From contig JAEZJB010000140.1 in the NCBI GenBank assembly GCA_023415845.1, forward strand, positions 1-36,839: DNA of 36,839 bases. Reading direction: 5' to 3'. This DNA is from Chloroflexota bacterium (GTDB taxonomy: Bacteria; Chloroflexota; Chloroflexia; Thermomicrobiales; UBA6265). Position numbers and translations under genes: made by a program. Shown piece after piece: positions 31,777 through 36,839 of this stretch (the first letter of the stretch is position 1; every line of letters starts with the position of its first letter). A model generated the notes under the pieces. The model did not search any database. It was not told where the DNA came from and saw nothing but the letters and a program-made list of their open reading frames with translations.

Positions 31777-32679
31777 TCAGGCGACGCCCCAACCCAGGGC
31801 AGCGAATGTCTCGAACAGTTCCTCTCGAGTGAGTGGGTCGAGCGGTTCAACCGGTCCACGCACGAATGCGCTGGCGATCACACCCTGCGCTTTCAGCGCC
31901 TCCTTGTGCACGATGTGTGCGCCGCCCAGCCCCCCGACCTGCACGGCCAGCAGCGGCTGGATCCGTTCGGCGAAGACCGATCTGGCCCCCTCTGCATCAT
32001 CTTCCCGATACCGGTCCCACACCTCGACGAAGGCTTGGACGGTCGTCGGGAATGGCATCGTGCCAATCGCGCCGCGCCGCAATTCCTGGATGAATTGGCC
32101 GCCACCAGCGCCCCCGAAGATCTCCACGACATCGCCGGCCTGCTCCACGGCCCTGTGCACCTGGTCCGCTGGTGGCAGGCTCTCCACCTTGGCATAGGTT
32201 GCCCACTCCACCTGCTCGCCAATCGTCCTGATCAGCGGCGCCGGAATTGGCGTGGTCGAGGTGTCCTGCAGCACGATCGGCAGCGGCACCGCATCGGAAA
32301 TGGCCCGGAAGTACGAGACAACGGACGCTGGCGAGAAGCCCGGCCCGGGCGGGGTCACCATTACGGCATCGGCGCCGTGCTGGTGAGCATGCTGGCTGTA
32401 GAACACCGCCAGGTCGGTCGCCGCCGCACCGGTATTCACCACCACCGGCACTCGCTCCCTCGTTTGGTCGATCACGACCGAAATCACGAGATCCCGTTCG
32501 GCCTCATTCAGCTTGAAGATTTCGCTGCCCAGGGCGATGCCGAGCCCATGGGCCCCACCCTGGATGCTCCAGTCCACCTCGTTGCGCAGGCTGGCTTCGT
32601 CAATCGAACCGTCATCGTGGAACGGGGTGAGCAGAATGGGAACCACGCCAAACAGCGGCCCCCGAAACGGCACGTCCAT
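31777..32679 (-). CDS. Dihydrodipicolinate synthase/N-acetylneuraminate lyase (DapA) family class I aldolase-like protein
   Basis: From the ATG at 32679: MDVPFRGPLFGVVPILLTPFHDDGSIDEASLRNEVDW...GLGIALGSEIFKLNEAER...VVNTGAAAT...ADAVMVTPP...TYAKVES (candidate Schiff-base Lys). The 133 upstream codons of the track ORF are rejected. Confidence 0.8.
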   Translation of the reverse strand: MDVPFRGPLFGVVPILLTPFHDDGSIDEASLRNEVDWSIQGGAHGLGIALGSEIFKLNEAERDLVISVVIDQTRERVPVVVNTGAAATDLAVFYSQHAHQHGADAVMVTPPGPGFSPASVVSYFRAISDAVPLPIVLQDTSTTPIPAPLIRTIGEQVEWATYAKVESLPPADQVHRAVEQAGDVVEIFGGAGGGQFIQELRRGAIGTMPFPTTVQAFVEVWDRYREDDAEGARSVFAERIQPLLAVQVGGLGGAHIVHKEALKAQGVIASAFVRGPVEPLDPLTREELFETFAALGWGVA

Positions 32680-33050
32680 CGTCACTCTCCAGATTGTGCT
32701 GGACCTCTCCCCACCGGGCGATCCAGTCTGGTTGCCAATCGATGACGGCATCATCACCGAGGTTGCGCAACTGCACCAGCCTGTTTGTCCCGGCCCGAAT
32801 CCGCTCGTCCGAAGTGCACCGGGCATGGTTTGGGCAGCCGAGCCAACCGTTAGCTGGAAAACGACAACCGTCCCGGCACCCGGATCGCCCACGCTCTCCC
32901 CGGGTTCTCCTGACCGTGGTGATTGGGCATTGAACGACTGGTGGGTGATGCAACTGGCTGACCATGGCACTGGAGGCTGGACCCCGGTCTCGCCACGTGC
33001 GAAGGTATGCCCACTGAACATCGAGTCATGGCGCCAACAAAGGAACGAAC

Positions 33051-34070
33051 ATGCGGGCAGCGGTGTGGACCGGTCCACGCGAAATGCAGATTCAGGAAGT
33101 CGAACGGCCAGCGGTTGCCGCAGGAGAACTCCTCCTCCGGGTCAACACCGTTGGCATCTGTGGGTCCGAGTTGTCGGGATACCTCGGCGAGAACAGTCTC
33201 CGGGTCCCACCATTGATCATGGGGCACGAGTTCGGAGCGGTCGTGGAAGACGTGGGTGAAGGCGTGACCGGGTTTGCCGTCGGCGACCGTGTCACGGCCA
33301 ACCCCATGGTGCCCGACCGCTCCTGCGTCATGTGCCGGGCCGGTTTCGAGAACCTCTGCCTCAACCGCACCCTGGTCGGTGCGCACCGGCCAGGGGCGTT
33401 TGCCGAATATGTCGCGGTTCCGGCCATCGCCTGCTACATCCTGCCCGATGCCATCGACGATCTCACCGCCTCGCTGGTAGAGCCAACGGCCTGCGCCCTC
33501 CGCGCCGTCGAACTCGCAGCCGTTACCCCGGGTAGCAGTGTTCTGATCCTCGGTGCCGGACCCATCGGGCTCCTCTCGCTGTTGGTCGCCAAAGCGGCCG
33601 GAGCCAGCGAAATCATCATCTCCGACCTCAGCCAGCCCCGCCTCGACCTCGCCACCAGCTGGGGCGCCACTGTCGCCCTCTCACCGGCGCAGGATGACGT
33701 CGTCGCCATCGCCAAGGACCGCACGGGCGGTCTCGGCGTCGACGCGGTCATCGATGCTGTGGGGTTGCCGGTCACCCGCAACACCGGCATCAGCGCGGTC
33801 CGGCCCGGCGGCAAGGTCATCTTCATCGGGCTTCACGAGGACGCCACGACGATTCCGGGCAACACCATCATCCGCTCGGAAATCGAGATCAAGGGCTCCT
33901 TCTGCTACACGGCCAACAATTTCACCGCCTCGATCCGTCTCCTCGCCACTGGCTTTGTTCCCGATCCCCGCGCCTGGGTCGACCTCCGGCCCCTCGACCA
34001 GGCCGGTCCTTCGTTCGACCAGTTGATCGACGATCCGTCCTCGGCCATCAAGATCGTCCTCACCCCCTAG
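33051..34070 (+). CDS. Zinc-dependent medium-chain alcohol/polyol dehydrogenase (threonine/sorbitol dehydrogenase-like)
   Basis: GICGSELSGY and GHEFGAVV are the catalytic Zn ligands. CVMCRAGFENLC is the structural Zn loop, and the Rossmann motif is LILGAGPIGLL. Confidence 0.9.
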   Translation: MRAAVWTGPREMQIQEVERPAVAAGELLLRVNTVGICGSELSGYLGENSLRVPPLIMGHEFGAVVEDVGEGVTGFAVGDRVTANPMVPDRSCVMCRAGFENLCLNRTLVGAHRPGAFAEYVAVPAIACYILPDAIDDLTASLVEPTACALRAVELAAVTPGSSVLILGAGPIGLLSLLVAKAAGASEIIISDLSQPRLDLATSWGATVALSPAQDDVVAIAKDRTGGLGVDAVIDAVGLPVTRNTGISAVRPGGKVIFIGLHEDATTIPGNTIIRSEIEIKGSFCYTANNFTASIRLLATGFVPDPRAWVDLRPLDQAGPSFDQLIDDPSSAIKIVLTP

Positions 34071-34104
34071 GCCAGCAGGTCGTTTCAAAATCCACGCACG
34101 AAAC

Positions 34105-34140
34105 AACAAACCCCGGCCCACTACTGGACCGGGGTTTGTT
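34105..34140. terminator. Hairpin with A/T-rich arms between convergent genes (bidirectional terminator)
   Basis: AACAAACCCCGG (34105-34116) pairs with CCGGGGTTTGTT (34129-34140) across a 12-nt loop. It lies between the dehydrogenase stop (34070) and the yceI-like stop (34275). Confidence 0.75.
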
Positions 34141-34274
34141 GGGGATTGGGAGAGGGGAAGCTGGGCTTCTCCACATCATGGCTTGAGCGAAACCGGCAGG
34201 GGAACCGACTTCCTCACTCTGGTTAACGTCGATCGGCAACGATTGGATGCACGGCGTGCCTCTCGACGCCGGTG

Positions 34275-34799
34275 CTAGGACGTGGCTTCGATTTCGATCG
34301 AGATCTTGACCTCATCGCTCACCAGCACCCCACCCGACTCCAGGGCGGCATTCCAGTTCAGGCCGTAGTCCTTGCGGTTGATCTTCGTGCTGGCCGAGTA
34401 GGAGATGACTTGCTGGCCCCACGGGTTTGTGCCCTGGCCGTTGAACTCGGCCTCCAGCACTACCGGCTTGGTCACACCGCGAATCGTCAGGTCGCCCTCA
34501 ACGCGCAGGTCATCGCCCTTCGCCTCGACCCTGGTGCTGGTGAACGTCAGCAGCGGATAGGTCTCGACATCGAAGAAGTCGGCCGACCGCAGGTGCTCGT
34601 CACGCTTGGCATCCCGCGTGTCCACGCTGGCGGCGGCGATTTCGACAGTCACGGAAGAATTCGCCACATTGTCCTTGTCGAGGTTGATCTCGCCGGAAAA
34701 CTCCGAGAACCGCCCCTTGGCCGTGGCGAAAACCATGTGCTTCACCGAGAACTCAACAACGGAGTGCGCGGGATCAATCGTCCAGGTCGTGGTGGTCAT
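34275..34799 (-). CDS. YceI family (polyisoprenoid-binding, lipocalin-like) protein
   Basis: WTIDPAHSVVEFSVKHMVFATAKGRFSEFSGEI...DTRDAKRDEHLRSADFFDVETYP...GDLTIRGVTKPV is the canonical YceI pattern. No signal peptide is present. Confidence 0.92.
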   Translation of the reverse strand: MTTTTWTIDPAHSVVEFSVKHMVFATAKGRFSEFSGEINLDKDNVANSSVTVEIAAASVDTRDAKRDEHLRSADFFDVETYPLLTFTSTRVEAKGDDLRVEGDLTIRGVTKPVVLEAEFNGQGTNPWGQQVISYSASTKINRKDYGLNWNAALESGGVLVSDEVKISIEIEATS

Positions 34800-34897
34800 G
34801 TGCAGATTCCCTCTTCCAGTGTGTGGTCACCAGTGGCGACGCGCGAGAACGGACTTCGGCGCTGGCCCAGTGGCCATGAATGTTGCCTCGGGGACTA

Positions 34898-34926
34898 ACT
34901 ATATGTAGGTTTGTAACCAGAGTCAA
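34898..34926 (-). promoter_or_regulatory. Near-consensus sigma-70-type promoter for the yceI-like gene
   Basis: Minus strand: TTGACT (34921-34926), a 17-nt spacer, then TATAGT (34898-34903). It sits in a locally AT-richer patch about 95 nt upstream of the start codon. Confidence 0.65.
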
Positions 34927-34966
34927 GCGATTTTGGGAAATTGAGTTTAGAAGTGAACTTTATGGA

Positions 34967-35521
34967 TCAGGGCTGATCCGATCCCTCGTCACCAGCCACC
35001 GAGCCCCGGTTCCGATTCCCGCTCAGCGAATCCAGCATCGCTCGCACGCGCTCCAGCGACGATCCACCCGGCATCGGATTGTCGTCGACATAACCAATGC
35101 CGATCGCCATCACTACTCGCGTCGGTGCCTGCACGCCAATCACGGCCCGGGCCGTTTCCTGCGCCTCTTCCGCCCCGAACCAGCTGTAGCCGCCACCCAG
35201 ACCATGCCGCCGCGCCACGAGCATCACCGCATCGTTCACCCGGCTCCCCAGGTGCCGATCGTTGACCTGGTCCTTTCCGTCGCGCAGCACCAGAATCATG
35301 AGCGGAGCCCCAACCACGCTCTGCGCGAACGTCCCGGTCATCCCGAGTTCCTCGATCACCAGGATGTCGTCCAGCACCTGCAGGTCGACACCGCCAACCG
35401 CCCTGCCCGCAGCCACTATCTCCTCGATGGCCGCCAGCGACACGGGACGGTCTTCGAAGCGGCGGGTGTGGCGCATGCCCCGCAGCAGCGCATGTGGGTC
35501 GCGGAGGTCTTTGCCAGGCAT
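34967..35521 (-). CDS. Nitroreductase-fold protein, divergent (paralog 1)
   Basis: From the ATG at 35521: MPGKDLRDPHALLRGMRHTRRFEDRPVSLAAIEEIV... and ...MLVARRHGLGGGYSWF...VMAIGIGY. It has the family layout but lacks the S..N.QPW motif seen in the other two copies. Confidence 0.65.
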   Translation of the reverse strand: MPGKDLRDPHALLRGMRHTRRFEDRPVSLAAIEEIVAAGRAVGGVDLQVLDDILVIEELGMTGTFAQSVVGAPLMILVLRDGKDQVNDRHLGSRVNDAVMLVARRHGLGGGYSWFGAEEAQETARAVIGVQAPTRVVMAIGIGYVDDNPMPGGSSLERVRAMLDSLSGNRNRGSVAGDEGSDQP

Positions 35522-35582
35522 TACTGAAACTCCGGGTGACCGGACGGACCGGGATTCCCCGGCAGTCACCCACGTACGTCGG

Positions 35583-35619
35583 AAGACAAAAAGAGGGGAG
35601 GCGCGCTAACGCGCCTCCC
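35583..35619 (-). terminator. Rho-independent terminator whose stem includes the stop codon of nitroreductase paralog 2
   Basis: Minus strand: GGGAGGCGCG, a TTAG loop, CGCGCCTCCC, then CTCTTTTTGTCTTCC. The TAG stop (35606-35608) lies in the loop. Confidence 0.8.
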
Positions 35620-36136
35620 GCTGTCCATACCTGCCGTAACTCACCAGTTCCGCCAGCGGCTTGCGTCCGCTCAGGGTCGTCTGTTGCTGGCTCGTGTCGG
35701 TGTAGCCAATACCTACCGCCGACCACGCTTCCTTGCCCGCAGGAATCCCGAGCAGCTCGCGCACGGCCTCACGCGCTTCGGGCGGGCTGAACCAGGCCGT
35801 GCCCGACCCCAGGCCGAACGCCTGGGCCGCCAGCATGATCCGCTCCGACACCCGCCCCTCATCGTAGGGCACGCTCCGGCTTTCACCATCCAGCACGATC
35901 ACGATCGAGAGTGGCACGTTCGCGAGGAAGCCGGTGAATGGCGCCATTTCCGAGAGTTTTACGTTGGTGTCGTGGTCGGTCACGACGATGAATTCCCACG
36001 GCTGGGTGTTCTTCGCGCTCCCGGTCCACCGCGCAACCTCCAGAATCACGGCGAGGTCGTCAGCCGGAACCGGTGTGTCCAGAAACCGGCGCGACTGCCG
36101 GAGCCGCCGCAACTGGTCGATGATTTCGTTGCTCAT
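35606..36136 (-). CDS. Nitroreductase family protein (paralog 2)
   Basis: LRQSRRFLDTPVPADDLAVILEVARWTGSAKNTQPWEFIVV...DEGRVSERIMLAAQAFGLGSGTAWF...GIGYT is the classical FMN nitroreductase pattern. Confidence 0.88.
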   Translation of the reverse strand: MSNEIIDQLRRLRQSRRFLDTPVPADDLAVILEVARWTGSAKNTQPWEFIVVTDHDTNVKLSEMAPFTGFLANVPLSIVIVLDGESRSVPYDEGRVSERIMLAAQAFGLGSGTAWFSPPEAREAVRELLGIPAGKEAWSAVGIGYTDTSQQQTTLSGRKPLAELVSYGRYGQREAR

Positions 36137-36157
36137 AATCGATCTCCTCGAGGTGCC

Positions 36158-36697
36158 CTAGTTGGCGCCGTACCGGTTGGTGCTGACCAGTTCGGAAAGC
36201 GGCTTGCGACCTCCCTGGGCCGGGTTCGGCCGATGGTCCTTCGTCGTGCTGGGATACCCAAGCACCACCACCGCTCGGGCGACCTTGTCGTCGGGCACCC
36301 CGAGGATTTCTCGCCCCCAGGCCTGCTGGGACTCATCCCCGAACCAGGCCGTTCCCCCACCGAGCCCGAGCAGCCGCGCCGCCACCAGCAGCCGCTCGGT
36401 CACCCGTCCCTCGTCAAATGCTTCCGAGACCACGCTGCCGCCGTTGAGCACAAGCGCGATCGCCAGCGGCGCATCGGCCACCCAGTTGATCGGCGCCCGA
36501 ATCTCGCTGATCGCCCTCAGCACATCCTTGTCCGTAATCACCACGAAATGCCACGGCTGGGTGTTTCGCGACGATCCGGTCCACTGCGCGACTTCCAGCA
36601 GTTGCTGCAGGTCGTCGTCGGACACCGGTCGGTCCAGGTATTGCCGGGCCTGGCGCACCTTCTTCATCTCGGCGACGGCGTCGGGATAGGTGGTCAT
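36158..36697 (-). CDS. Nitroreductase family protein (paralog 3, close paralog of 35606..36136)
   Basis: The ATG at 36697 is preceded by GGAGGAG with a 6-nt spacer. The sequence is VRQARQYLDRPVSDDDLQQLLEVAQWTGSSRNTQPWHFVVI...DEGRVTERLLVAARLLGLGGGTAWF...GRKPLSELV. Only 21 nt separate it from paralog 2. Confidence 0.88.
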   Translation of the reverse strand: MTTYPDAVAEMKKVRQARQYLDRPVSDDDLQQLLEVAQWTGSSRNTQPWHFVVITDKDVLRAISEIRAPINWVADAPLAIALVLNGGSVVSEAFDEGRVTERLLVAARLLGLGGGTAWFGDESQQAWGREILGVPDDKVARAVVVLGYPSTTKDHRPNPAQGGRKPLSELVSTNRYGAN

Positions 36698-36839
36698 TGG
36701 CTGCTCCTCCGCAACGTGATACGTACGCATGGCTTCCAAGTCTAAAGCAACTGGCAGCCCCGGCAAGGCGTCACGTGGGAAGGATCGTCGTTCGGGCAAC
36801 CCGGTTTGCGCTGCACAATGGCGGAGGGGATCCGGGTGA

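Noticed and set aside
30763-32745. 660-aa plus-strand ORF, and the 599-aa minus ORF 29339..31138
   Set aside because: Both run antisense or out of frame across genes with clear family signatures: enolase paralog 3, the DapA-like gene and the propeller-cupredoxin gene. Both are Arg/His/Gly/Pro-rich and cross a strong terminator hairpin or gene boundaries.
35684-36745. 353-aa plus-strand ORF
   Set aside because: It is antisense to two nitroreductase genes that have clear motifs and Shine-Dalgarno sequences. Its composition is not protein-like.
1-36839. Search for mobile elements, tRNA/rRNA genes, integrase or transposase genes, and defence-system hallmarks (nucleases, helicases, methyltransferases)
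   Set aside because: None of the translated ORFs shows such motifs, no tRNA-like T-arm (GGTTCGAATCC-type) sequence was seen, and there are no long terminal repeats. The window looks like core or accessory metabolic chromosome rather than an island.

Overview
A 36.8 kb, roughly 65% GC chromosomal window, gene-dense on both strands. It looks like a high-GC monoderm (Chloroflexota/Thermomicrobia-like or actinobacterial). The basis is an LPXTG-type sorting signal, Tat signal peptides, an MMPL transporter, ino1, Cheo-type LexA boxes and canonical TTGACA-17-TATAGT promoters. The taxon cannot be fixed from sequence alone. I support 29 protein-coding genes, mostly by recognisable family motifs in the translations. 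Starts were re-set to internal ATG/GTG codons with Shine-Dalgarno sequences, because many track ORFs carry spurious N-terminal extensions.

Gene content:
- Carbohydrate and sugar-acid metabolism: an SDR, a Gfo/Idh/MocA oxidoreductase, inositol-3-phosphate synthase, three enolase-superfamily paralogs, a DapA-family aldolase and a Zn-dependent alcohol dehydrogenase.
- A DegT-family aminotransferase.
- A NarL-type two-component pair.
- A MocR regulator divergent from a small operon (hypothetical protein, DUF1772, PNPOx-like).
- A PadR-MMPL pair followed by a GT-C-like membrane protein.
- An NMT1/THI5 (ThiY-like) binding protein behind a TPP riboswitch.
- A large LuxR-type ATPase regulator followed by three secreted or surface proteins.
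- A YceI protein and three tandem nitroreductases.

I found no rRNA, tRNA, CRISPR array, transposase or integrase.

Most interesting observations:
1. Two perfect GAAC-N4-GTTC LexA boxes sit in front of a monocistronic 75-aa membrane protein, next to an SOS-response-associated peptidase. This is a candidate SOS division-inhibitor module.
2. A regulator-linked surface module: a Tat-exported orphan protein, a three-domain LPXTG protein and a beta-propeller-cupredoxin fusion.
3. A TPP riboswitch controls an orphan Tat-exported binding protein.
4. An operon combines an orphan ABC ATPase, an enolase-superfamily enzyme and a ceramidase-like hydrolase.
5. An 885-bp gene-free region has no assignment.

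All functional calls come from motif recognition by eye. No database search was run.
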